DNA of 64,000 nt from Ascidiella aspersa (Eukaryota), in assembly GCA_963924565.1 (NCBI GenBank), contig OZ004612.1, positions 12,152,001 to 12,216,000 on the forward strand, in the 5' to 3' direction. Under the pieces are notes generated by a model. The model was given only the letters and a program-made list of their open reading frames with translations, did not search any database and was not told the DNA's origin. The translations under genes and the position numbers were made by a program. Shown here one piece after another: positions 28,366 through 41,200 of the stretch (position 1 is the stretch's first letter; each line of letters opens with the position of its first letter).

Positions 28366-31300
28366 GATTAATTTCAGTCAGCCTTTCAAAAGGCATCGTG
28401 TGTATATAGTCTAAATTAAGATGTTTGCGCTTTCCTTAAAATGTGTGCGCTTTTTGACAGTATATCCCTAACGATCGCCACTGTTACAACTGATACTCCA
28501 AAAGGGTTAAAATTCAAATAATTTGCGACGGTAAATACTAGGATAACAACCCGGGATCTATAGGACGATTCTTCCAGCTTTCCTTGCCTTATTGGTATAA
28601 CAAAGTTTTAATGTAAATCATCGTGGTGTCAGGAGGATTAAGGATGTCAGGTCCTAGATTTTGATGGTTACCATGTTTTTGTACCATCTAAATTGTATTA
28701 GGGGCATTCGGTATTTTAATGGGGTAATCCTTAGTACCAGGGACACCCTTCGTTGCTGTTTAGTTAAGCTTTGGTTGCACTTACAATACCTTTAAAATCC
28801 TGCATTAAAATAGAATAATCTTTCCGACATAGGAAATATGGAACTGAAAAGTAATCCGGAACTGTTCGGCCTTCCGGTAAAATGATTTTTGCAGGTCGCA
28901 GTAGGCTACGGCTCTCTTTAAAGTTATCAGTTGCCTTTTTGTGTACGACATCGTACGATAACCTTGGCCGAACTAAGGTTACTTGTTTTAGAGGACAGCT
29001 GTTACGTCGTACCTTTAAGACGTCATCCCTGATTTTTTTGCGTTGCGATCCGAAAATCATTCTGGTTTCACCCCTGGTCGAAATATATTCAAGGGTTTAA
29101 ATATATTCAAAATTGGTTTATTTTGTTTAAATCGGTCAAACCATAATTTTATAAAGAGGCGTAAAGTATAGGACACCCAAAATAGAGTCGACAAAAGCGC
29201 GTTTTTGGTCAGGTTGGCATATATGCTATTTTAGAAGTGTGCGTGTAACCTACAGAAAATAAAGATAAAAATCGAGTTTACCATTATGTTTTGTAGGAAA
29301 GGGTAGTTTTGGAAAAGTTTAATGCGAACAATAGAACTTACTGTACGTTTGATCGGCGTTTTTTGGGAACGCCGTTCCGGGGCGGTTTCGGGGCTTTCGA
29401 TATCAAAGTATTAAAGCTATGTTTTCTTGCGGCCTTGAAAGGCGAGGAAATAACATTTTCTTCCGGTAACTAGATTTCCTTTTCTCATTTATTGGCGGCG
29501 GTTCCACAACCTGAGGGCGAAACGTCGTAAATATATCCACATTTCGGCTTCCAGACGTTCAAAATAAACGGCGGTGGTAAAGTTGCACAACACGCTTCGG
29601 GGGCTTGGTCGATTGTTTGGCATCACATGACCGGCATTTAGCCACCGTGTTATCTGCCTGAATTACAGTACGTTTTGTTTTGAGCTTTTCGTAGAGAAAA
29701 ATCGTGAGACAATACGTTACAGCAATAACAATAGGGTCGCGAATTTCTCCAACCAGTTAATATCGAAAAACGAGCAGAGAACAGTTAATTCGAATACACC
29801 TATTTACATGCTTGGATTACCTATTTCAAAAGTTTTATAATTGTTATCTTATCACAAAAATCTTACCATTACCAAAGATAATTCGAAGTAAAAACGTAAC
29901 AATCGCATGCGTCAACGTGTTTAGTAATTATATTGAATTAATACAAAGAGTCATTACAGTTAAATATTTAAATCCTCCCTAAATTACTTAGTGCTCCTAC
30001 AATAAACTACCACTAAATAGTGCGCCGCACACCGCCGTTTTATTGCAGTTATGAACTTTTATAATCACTCATTTTAAGATGATTTTTTTTTTCTTAGTAT
30101 TTTGTCATACATGTAAAACACAAAAACGCATTTGAAGTACCTATTAAGTAATGTCAACGTATATTAAACGCGACATTTAAGACTATAGCGAATGTAACGT
30201 ACGTACATCTGCATGTGAAAAGTCTTTATGACGTTATAGCACCACTCCGCAGTTTTACTGTTTGGCGCAATAGGCTTTTACCTGATGTTACGCATGTCGA
30301 ATATATACCTTGTCGCTGTCCGCGTTGTCATCTAATTGTGAATACACTGTGCTGCTATATGCACATGTAAAACCGTGGTGTTTTATCCTATTGTGAGGTA
30401 CGTGGCCCGTGGTTCGCCAACCGTTTTGTTTGTTGTTATGTTGGTAAATACCTCGTCACATTACAGATAGGGTCAGTATTTTTACAATGTATGCGTGGGT
30501 GACTAATCGGCTTATATGGCATCTAGAATATACCGTCCATGTCTTTGTTTGTAAGGGGCTATTGACATATTTATTGCAAGAGTCTATTCTACATTCCTGT
30601 GTGCATGTGTCAGGTAGGTGAGTTGACTGGTCCCAATTAAATAAAAAAGGAATTTCAAATGGTGGCAATACAGATTTATTTGCCAGTTATTGAAAAACAA
30701 ACACATTACTGTACATTTAAATAAAACAACGCAGAGATAAAAATCTCATAAAAGCTGTAAGAAGCATTTAAGTTTTTTACGCTGCGCCAACGTATCTAGC
30801 GTGGACGTTGTTTAACACTATTTAACTAACGATTTTAGCATTGTATTGTATATTTGGAGTACTATACATTTTCGTTTGGAAGACGAAGTTACTTCAATCT
30901 TCATTAATATTTATTCATGCTCACTATGTTTTACAACAGCCGCAAGGTGTCGCTACCACTCAAGACAGTTCTTTTTTTGACGAAATTATTAAAAATCAAG
31001 AAGAAACACATTCTGTCTGCCTATCCGTTGGATCAAGGTGATATGTCTCCAATGTTTCTTATTTTATATTTTAGTTATAACAACATGGTGCATTAACATT
31101 GTCCCTGTAAAGCTCATTTTCATAGCAACATAGGCTATAATAACAGTTCAAAGTCATTACTTCGAAACCAAATAATATGTATCCAAGTTTTTATTTTCGT
31201 ATTGGAATTTGTTTTGTCAGTGACACTTGGATATATATTTATAGTAGAGCATTATGTGTGTGATGAATAGGAGTTACGTATGTATTTTGGGAAATATAAC

Positions 31301-31785
31301 GCGGATGCAAAAAATGTGAGAGGAGTGTAACGTTGGTTAACTTACAAGAGCTGATATATTCTTCAAAGAGAAATATAAGAGGTGGTGATGATGCAACTAG
31401 AGGGCCATCTGTTGCCATTTGAGGTTTCATGGCACAATTATAGACCACGTGCTTACATACCAAAAAAACATTCAAGTCTTGTCTGATCTTATTAAGGCAC
31501 TGGGTCTCGTTCTGTAATATATTCCCCAATGACTGAAAAAATAATCATTTTAAGATTGCAATTCCCACAGATCACAGCGTTTAGCAAATCTGTAATGTTG
31601 AACTGTATATTTCTGCTAAAGCCATTTAAAAGTTGTTTAGCAGACATTCCTGATTCGCTCCACAGAACTTCTGTTTCATGGCACGGTTTGATTCCGCTTG
31701 ACGCGACACATGAGTTTCGCGTCACGTGGTTATTTGTAATGTTCTGCGTGCAATCAACACGCCGCAAAGAAACGCGGCGAAAGAC

Positions 31786-32217
31786 AAGTCATTTGTAAAA
31801 AAAAGTTAAGTACAAATAAAGTTTTAGCAAATAAAAACAAGTCCTTGTACAAATCACCAATTTGCCCAAGTCATCAATTTCCCAAGTCGCTGTTAGAGCA
31901 AGTCAATTCCAAGTCAAGTTATTGACATAAAATCTAACGTTAGACTATTAAACTGGCAAAGCTCGTCCGTGTATGAGTAATATCTCAACTTAAAATAACA
32001 ACCACAATATACAGCAAGAACAAGGTTGAAAAAAAAAATTAGGATAATGTTTAACGAAAACACTTGAGTTCAACCCTCGTTATTTCACACAATGACTCAA
32101 GTCCAAGTCAAGATATTTGTCCAAAAGACTAACAAGTCGCGCGATTTTGCCTAAAAGACCTAGGCCTTGGTCAAGTCAAGTCATTTGAAAAAGTTGACTT
32201 AAGTCATTGGGACACTA
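31786..32217. mobile_element. Diverged GACTT-repeat MITE in reverse orientation
   Basis: Arrays of AAGTC(A), ending AAGTCATTGGGACACTA. Related to 25935-26441. Confidence 0.55.
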
Positions 32218-34830
32218 CTTTTTTATGTGCTTTCAAAACACACAGCAGAAATCGAACCTCCAACACTGGTGTGACTGTTTAGGCTACCTGGTAATGTTGC
32301 CAACTTCGAAAGGCGATCAAAATGCGCAAAATCATGATGTGAAGGGGCTGGTAAACAACTAAATTAATGTGTGAAGAAACCAGTTCGAACGAAGTCGCTC
32401 GCTTGACTGACAGTCAAAAAAGGCCAGGAGGTGCGCATTGAGGCGACAATCGCTCAACCGTAACAGCGGCTGTATCGGGGCAAAACCTTTTACTCATGTT
32501 TACAATTGCGTGGACGTCAAACAGTCAACATACCTTGATCGTTTTAAAACCAGCTCGGAAAGACCCCGCGTTTTTGGTCGTAAAGTTGTTTGATGATTCC
32601 CCAGTATTTGCCGTTATTTAAAAACACGCCTGGGGTCTAATACGACTGCGAAATCAAGTTTTAGTTTGGTGGGGTTGTTTTGTGTCATGACACCAACAGC
32701 ATAACGGAGGCCCGAACTGGTCATGTCCTTTACCAATGGTGCAGCTTGGTTGCTTTTGTCCACAGAGGCCAAAGCCAAGTTACCCATTGCCATTTATCAT
32801 AACTGATTGTATAATTTAATATGGAATATTTGTTTTGTTTATTGGGCTGCTTCTTCTCAAATTCGTAGAAATGAATATCTTGTGAATGATGTTGGTCACT
32901 GCTACGTTATTTCTGTTGTCAAAATCTAATCGTCTACAACTCTACAGTTTCATGTTAGAATTACTGATGAGTTTGACGTGCGCCTAACGTTTTTTTTACC
33001 ATAAAAGCAATCTCGGATTAAAATTTCTTGTGCGTTTCGACCCTTTAGATTTGCAATCGAACAGTTTCACATGCTTACGCAACCGCGGGACAGATACTTA
33101 GAGAACCTTTGTGATACAACCACTCGTTGGGTTGGTAATCATAATAGGCAAGCCTGTTTTACAATCAAGTTTGCCACCGTTCAAAACAAAATGTGCATAA
33201 AACTTCACATTATTACAAATGATATTTCCCGAGGTGTTTTTTTATTGCGCATTACACACCTATCGCAATAAACACGCCACAAGGTTTAATCGGTAAACGT
33301 ATGGAGCGTTCGCCTGAGCGATTGTGTGTCGCCAAATTCAACAAAAGAAGGAACGCAATTGTCTGCCGGTTTCGCTTGGAGTTTCGCATCTCCTTTTAGG
33401 CACAGCCCGTGGCAACACAATCAAAATGAAGCGGTAGCCACGCCTCCTACAACCTTGAGGGTATGGAACCATAGCCTTGTTGTCGGGTACAATTCTCTCA
33501 GACTTTTAGCACAACGCAAACTTTGCTAAGTTGGTAATTCCAAATTGTGTAAGCGTGTTGAACTACTGGTTCAATGCATTTAAGACACGCAACAAAATAC
33601 GTCAAACGACGGACGAATGTCATTCACTTGGTTTATGCGGTCGAAAACGAAAGATTAAACCAAAGTTAACTGCAGTTACTAAACAACTCATCGGCTTAGG
33701 CAACGTCATGTATGGCCTTGAAAACTATTTCTAAAACAGGTGCCGTTGTACAACACAATACGCAGTGCGGAAAAGAAGCAAGGCGTCATTTACTAGCGTA
33801 ACCATTCCCAGAGCCTGTGGTTAATAGCTCGGTATCCGTGGCCATCCAGTCTCAGATTCAGGGAAGTACGAAAATAGATCCCGCGTTAATTGGGCGTCAA
33901 GGAATCCCGCTGTAGGCGCACAGGCGGTATTTTGCCGAATTCTCGTCGACAAACTAAACACACCATTCTTAATCGAAACACCCACACTCCCTAAAGTCGC
34001 ACGGACCTAATGGCTCAATTAGCCGGTCTCTGTACCATTCAAGGACCGGCTCGACATTGTTCAACGGCGTATGGCCCGGCGCTAACGACCTGTCTAATCC
34101 CTTACGATGAATGTGTAATTGCGGCCAAGCGTTTAAATTATTAGCCCACGGTTAAAGCTGTTCTGCTAAACTGGTGGGATAATAGTAAACCGACCCGGGT
34201 CATGAACTTGACAACCAATCGCCCGGGGCTATATCATTTCGTCATTTAATTGGTGTAAATTACTAAACGTGACAACAGAAGTTCTGTTGCCAAACCGAGG
34301 AGCGAAATTTTCGCCAAGCGAATATGGTAATTTTTCTGTGAGGTGAACACGAATTGTAGCGCGTCTTGCAAGGTAGCCGTAAGATAATTCCTGGAAATGC
34401 AAAGGCGAAAGCCGAACGTGTATGATTATACTTTCCATTTTGGGAACATTTGCATGATTCTATAAGGGATTGGGACGATTGGTCGGTGTTTACGTCGGAA
34501 TCCTTTGCTTTTGCAATTTTTGCAAACAGAAGAAGTTTTTTTTTAGAGGTTGTACCGGGTTAATTCGTCTCATTCTTTCAAAAATATGTCCACACTACGA
34601 ACATCCACATTTTTTTACAGTATTCCAATGTCCAAACCTCTATATTTTAGGCAAAACTACGGCTGATTTGATCAAAACAAGGAGATTCATTTACACACGC
34701 AAAGGTAGTGCAAAAATATCGTACATGTCCCTTTATTAGATAACAATAGATCTTAATAACTTGCTAAACCAGCGCCTAAATTTGGTAGTGTTCTACAAAT
34801 AAATAAAGTACGTGCCTAAATTGATTGACT

Positions 34831-34887
34831 AATTTTGAGCTCATCACAGTTACAGAAAATTTTGAGCTCATCGCCTACTTACAGAAA
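34831..34887. repeat. Tandem duplication of about 27 bp
   Basis: AATTTTGAGCTCATC..TTACAGAAA occurs twice. Confidence 0.7.
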
Positions 34888-35686
34888 GTCTTTAAAATAA
34901 TTCGCGGAGAAAAAGCTTTCAGCAAGTTAGGCTGATTACGTTCTTGTCGAAAGATGCACGTGTGTACAACCGCGATCCAGCCCACCTTCTATAAAGCAAA
35001 CACAGTGTACATCTTTAGTGTTGCTATGAAGGTCAAGCAATTCTTTAAAATCGGTAAAAAATGAAAGTCTTTTTCAACCAAAAATGATGTGTATCAACAA
35101 AATTAGAATGCAATAGCTTTGAAGAAGGACTTATTCCAAAACTGTGCCACACTGATACGCCTCAAACGATTACGATTTTCAAGTGTGATGAGTAACTTTT
35201 TATAATTTGGGAAAATAAACGATAAGGTTGGCTTTTGAGATCGAAATAATCACTACGTATATGGTTAACTAATAACATGGTGACACTTACCAATTGTTTT
35301 GTCTTGCGGTAAACTCTTATTTAAGTTATGCTTGTAGTTGGTTGTTATGCAATGATCGATTTTTTTCTATAAATTATAAACAAGTTAAAAAATTCGAGAA
35401 ACACAGCGGTAGACCTCGCATTGATGTAACCCTCTTTGGCGACACATCAGCAACATCAGGCAAAGCGCAAGTCATGTTAAAAAAGATTCGCTTTACTACT
35501 ACAGCTAGTGCCAATCATGAGTTGCTGGCGTTGGCTCAAGCGCGATATGAAATCCCAGCGGCAGATCACGAATAACTGGCGAACACCAAAATATCCCAAA
35601 CTGCAATTAGTGCTTCCAGACGCATTACACGCTTCGTGACGCCAGCGACACCCTTCGGGAATCGACATCGATCAGGCCAGAAAATT

Positions 35687-35745
35687 CGGAAGTGACGTAA
35701 CGGGCCTGGAGCGGAGGCTGCACTTCCCCAACAAGGGTGACGTCA
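35687..35745. promoter_or_regulatory. ETS-CRE composite site plus full CRE in a CpG-rich patch
   Basis: CGGAAGTGACGT at 35687 and TGACGTCA at 35738. Confidence 0.4.
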
Positions 35746-38132
35746 TCGCGCGCCCGCTGTCAGTCATGGGGCCTCGGTGTCGCGCGAGACCTTGATTTTG
35801 AGCAGGTGAAAAGGATAATGTCGGAACATTTAGTTGAAATGCAAGCTCTTAATGGTGTGATAACGTGCTGGACATCATCAAGCATTCAAAGAGCCTAATG
35901 CCTGTCTGATTTTAAAGAAGTATCCTAAAACGTGCATTAAGGGTTACATATCCCAAAAGTATTTTTACTCGTAGTTGGAGAACACTGACGTCGATTAAAA
36001 TAACAAAGTTTATTTTAGTTTTTCCAAATTAAAATAGAATAAGATCGTTTTGACTTTTGTCAAATTGATTAGAATTAGAATTACCAAATTCCTAAACAAT
36101 CAAATTTAACTAGAATTTAAACTAGAATTAAACTTAATTACTCACAATCAATTTAGTTAAAATCGCAAATTAACAGTATGTTGGCTCGGAGTAAGCGAAC
36201 ACTGACATCGATTAAAATACCAAAGTTTCAGATTTTTAAACATTTTCAACCGCCTCAAGTATCGATGTTGCAATTGCAGGCGAATTTTCGACTGGCATAG
36301 AGTCCAACGTGTGTTTCTTCTAAAAGCAAACGCAAATCTTATCAAACGGTTCGCAAACAGCTGAACAAACATTTCGATGTTGACCATAGATGCCAAATTC
36401 ATTGCTAACACAACAAACTATTGTCGCGTAAAAACGACAGCCAGCCCTGGCGCAAGTTAAAGGCAAGCAGAGATTGTAAGCAAAGCGCGTAGATCATTTC
36501 CTACGAAATGTTTGTTTTGTAGTGCAGAGTGATACAGCCAAACTTATTATAATTGAAATATAATTAAACAAGGAAAAAATAAAAAGTTTTTCACCTCAAT
36601 TTAACCAACAAAGATTCGTTATAATTTTGTTAATTCTTTTCCGAAAATAGACTACTATTTTAAAATTATTCTTAAAGCGTTGATGTCAGTAAAATATGTA
36701 GTTGGTTGCGCTACACCAAAGCGTAATGGTGCAATCAAACTTTAGATGCTTTTCTCCTTTAGCGGCGCGTCGTCCATGTAAGATACATAGAAAAACAGAA
36801 GGCAGAGTGTTTTTTGAGAACTTTTATTTCATCATTCCTACAAAATGTACAGCAGAGCGGGCAACCGAAAAAAGGGAACTTACACGTCACACGGTTATGC
36901 TACATGTCACACTGGTCATTTTACAAAAATAACAGGGCGGAACTGGCAGAGTTTTCGTTCCGTGGAACTTTAAGAAGTTACATCGTAAAGCGGGCGTATA
37001 CCCCAAATTGCGCAAAAAATACAGCCGTATATTGACTCCATGTATTCATCAGATACGTGTCGACGCGCAGCTAATGCGGCGATATCGCTACAAACTGAAT
37101 CACAGCACACTCGAGCTAAACAGCTTGCACCAAAGTATATACAAAAGGTGTCGCGAACTTGTACGCAAATAGGCCCTTCCTGTGTGGCCAAACGGGCCAA
37201 TACACTAAACACTATAGCAAGAGGTGCGACGCACAAGAAAAATAACGTCGCACAGTCAACGGCGACAAAGCAGAACTCTACAGAGCGCGGAACAATAACA
37301 AGGGCGAACGAACAATGGGCAAAGGCGAAACAAAAAAACGCAAGGCAGACGTAAGCCATTGTTTAAAATCTATGAGGGAGCGGTTTGGTTCAGGAATGGG
37401 AGTCTGTGTACGAAAACGACAAAAGCGCGCCAGACAGGTCGCGGGATATAGTAAACAGGTGACATTCCATCTGAACCCTGGAAAAAAATTATAGCAAAAT
37501 GTTCTGTTTGGTGCACAAGTGACTGTAACTGGCGTCTGAACTTGGAAGGATTTATCTTGCCGATTAACAAAATTGGTGATTTTGTCTTTTTTTAACACCA
37601 ATACCGACAACAACGCCACAATGGTGGTCATATTAAAATTAGGAGTACATTTTGTTATTTCTGATGACAGCAATTAAAGCGATAACAACACAATACACAT
37701 ACGCACAAAAAATGACAGGAACGTTACGACAACAGGAAATGCTGTACAGGAGACAGGGGCGAACAAAAAGTGGGCGAGGCCTCGAGAATAAGGCAACCAG
37801 ATTAAAGGAAACGGTCCCGCTTCTGGTACCGCGGAAAAGCGCCCCCGGCCCCCCTTGGCCGCCGTTTGGGCGGTCAGGGAAGCTTTGAATGGGGGTCGCG
37901 CCGCGGTGCCGCGGGGCCATTTCATTCTTCATAGAAGATCACAAGAAAATCGAGGTACCCTGTGTCACGCTGCGCCAAGATGCGGAATAAATAATTCGCG
38001 AACGAAAAACGTGGCGGTTTTTTTTGGACGGCCCGCGCTTGTTATTTTTGTATCGGACATTTTCAGGCGACGGGCCGGTGCGAGTGAGCTTGTTTCGGGG
38101 ACAGGGTGACACTGGGTAGCCTCAATTATAGT

Positions 38133-38153
38133 AAATTCTGTACGACAGAAATT
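38133..38153 (-). promoter_or_regulatory. CDE-like 3'UTR stem-loop (Roquin/Regnase-1 type)
   Basis: In the mRNA, UUCUGU-CGU-ACAGAA forms a 6-bp stem with a Py-Pu-Py triloop directly after the stop codon. Confidence 0.35.
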
Positions 38154-38202
38154 CATTCCAAGTAGTTGATTCGGGCGAGTCCCGAAGCGGCGTTGAAGCG
38201 CA

Positions 38203-38275
<73 letters not shown>

Positions 38276-41200
38276 TTGACCAACGGCGGGGTGCAGGGGC
38301 GGCAGGTTGAGGTTAAGTTTGCCGCTTCCGTTACCACCGCTGTTGTTGCTGTTGTTGCTGCTGCTGCAGACGTTTGGATGCATGTAGCGCCGACCCACGC
38401 GCAGACGTTCGCAGATCTGCAAAGATACGATGAGACGCGTGGTAAACACGACCAACGAGCACTTAATATAGCCGTCCAGCTTTTAAGTTTGCGCCCTGGT
38501 TGCAGGAGTCTATTATTAAAGTATTGGTTGCGCGAGACAAACATCGGACTGTAACTTCAGGCGAATGGAAAATTTAGGCGACGGGGTGTGTGTAAATGAC
38601 GTGTTACATTAAAAGTATGTCGGGCTCTCAAAAATGTTAAAAAAAAACAGTATTATGCTTTAGATGTGTTATTGGTCATTCACCCTAAAGAAGGCGATTT
38701 GAATAGGTTGCCAAAATGTTGGTTAACAATTACAATTACCAGACGAGCTGTTTTGATTATAATTACTGAGAATATTATATTATAAAAACACGCATACGGG
38801 CGACACTGTGTAATTTCCACGAGAAACTTTTTAGTTTTACTTTGCTTACCTGCGCGTTAGTGGTGGAGAGCAGTTGGAAGGGAAACTGGTTCTGGTGGTT
38901 CTTGGCGGAAGGGTCAGCGTCGTTGTCCAGGAGCAGGTTAATGATCGCGCTCTGCGCCTCAGCCAACTGAACGTTGTTGGCCACTTGCAGTTCTGGGCGT
39001 AAAAACATTGACTTGTTAAAAATGGCATTTCTAAATGCTGGTGGGTTCTGCCGCTTTAGATTAAAATGCCATAGTCTGAACACATCAAATAGAATTGGAC
39101 TCTCGTTTTTGTCCTACTTCGCCGAAAAAGGTACTCAATTATTTTTCCAATCATTTAAAATGGCAAAGGGCGTGGACTAAATATTTGATTCAATTGTTTA
39201 ATTTTTAAACAACAGTTTTTGCAAAAACATCCTGGTCAGGAGCGGCCAAATTTTTTGCACTATATTCCCAAATTATGTAAGTGATAGATAATCGAAAAAA
39301 TATAAATAAACCATTTAACGACACAAGTCCTGGCGTTTCGGGGGCGCCACAAATAGTCGTGCTCAATTTCGACCCGCCAGCTCACTTTAGCAATTAAAAA
39401 AGTTACAGTTCGCCGTCTGGCTTTCGAGCACGCCGCTCAGGCACGACTGAACAGTAGTCGCATTGAAAAGGCGTTCGCGCTCTTAGGTTTTCCGCGAATT
39501 AAGCGCTATTGACGTCACCATGGCGCGTCTTTTCCGCAATTGTAGCAGACCAGCACTAACTGATTGCAGTGGCGTTTCTGCTTGTAGTGCCTTATCTGGA
39601 TTTACCGCGAACCGATATAGCGTGCTAATGTACAACAGGGCAACTTAGCAAGCCCTTTTGGAGATTACAGGCGCTTTCCACCTAGTTTGATTGCTTAGCG
39701 TACGCCGCTACATTTTCTGGCAACTCGTATAGGTTGCTCTAGTCTAATGAAATAATAAGATTTCCTATAGCGATTTAACTTGAAAATATAAGGCACCGAA
39801 ATACTGTTTGTTGCATCCCATCTACAGTGAAAAGTTAGTTTTCACAAGGCGGGATATAAGCTGCATTAAAACAGGACATCTGAACAATTTTGTCGTAAGT
39901 CTAAATGCGTAACACAAGCCGCCGCCGGTGCTAGTTGATGCCAACCGGCTGCATAAGAAATATCTTAAAAATAGGCCCAGAGCGGCGCCGCGGGCACCAC
40001 TCGATAGGACAGGCCATCACAGGAAGACCTCCCATTTTACAACGCGGCCTGCCTCACCGCACATTTTCACGCCACGTCTTTCTTTTCGTTTTCGACGGTT
40101 TTAATTGGTGGAGCGCCTGTTTGTCGACCGCACGATCCTAAGCGGTATATGAAGGGCACATCGGTTCGCTACGGTTGTTTTTCTGCGTTCAACATTGCGC
40201 AATCTGACACCGGCGTTTTCACGGAAAAATCACTAAAGCTGCGCACGAGGACGCTGAAACAAACTGGAAAATTTGCGATTGAATTTCAGTGTTTGTTGAA
40301 ATACTCGAAGTCTCAAGCGTATGGCATATGGCAAGAAAAGCGCACTACAGAGTATCCGGTAACAGCGGGGTAGGCATATAAGCGGCCAAAACGTCATCAG
40401 CACAACTTATGACATCACTACATCAACACATGACGTCATTCTTAATTTCGGGTGCCACTTACCAGCAGCAAAGTGCAGCGCTGTGTTCTCGTTGTGCGCG
40501 CACTGGCCGACCACCTTCCGCGCGGCGTCGGTGTCGCGTTGCCGAAGTCGCTTGCAGCTGTCGCGTGTCGCGCAGCCGTACGCGGCGAAGCTGAGGATTT
40601 CGCGCGTCGCGACAAGGTCAGAGTTTTTAACGGCCATGTGCAGAGCCGACCAGCCTCCGCGCTGTTCCTGTGAAGATAAAAAAGGTTGGTCGTCGTTAAT
40701 TGACAGCGCGCCCGCGTTTCGTGCGAGAAAAACAAACAAGGGCGAAAAATCGCTTTCCCTTTTTTTACACGCGAACTGATAGCGAAATTTAGTGGCTCGG
40801 GCAAATGTCAACAGCGCCAGAGCTAATAAGTCAGTCAAAAAAACTCACGCAAATCAATTCTAATAGTCTATTTTTATCTATAAAGATTTTAATAAAATAA
40901 AAAATAGTTTTAAGTGGCTACATTGCTAAAAACAGGAAAGCCGAAAATCGATAAATATGCAATCGTTAAAACAACTATATAGCACTAGTTAACGCTCTTA
41001 AGAGAACTAAAAATTTTGCACATGTCACTGTTAAAGGTTTTGAAACAGAATTACTCCGCTAGCGTATATCGTGGTTGCAATGAGGGTCCGTGATCCTTAC
41101 CTTTGCAGTGAGCGACGCTCCTTGCCGCATCAGGGTCACCATGCTGTCGATTCTACCCTTCTCGGTGGCGATGTGGAGCGGTGTGCGTCCTTAAGGAAGC

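Noticed and set aside
28764-29060. 98-aa minus-strand ORF
   Set aside because: It has no recognisable domain or splice context.
38122-38544. 140-aa poly-Ser ORF
   Set aside because: It is an alternative frame over the CAG repeat. Splice phase supports the polyQ frame.
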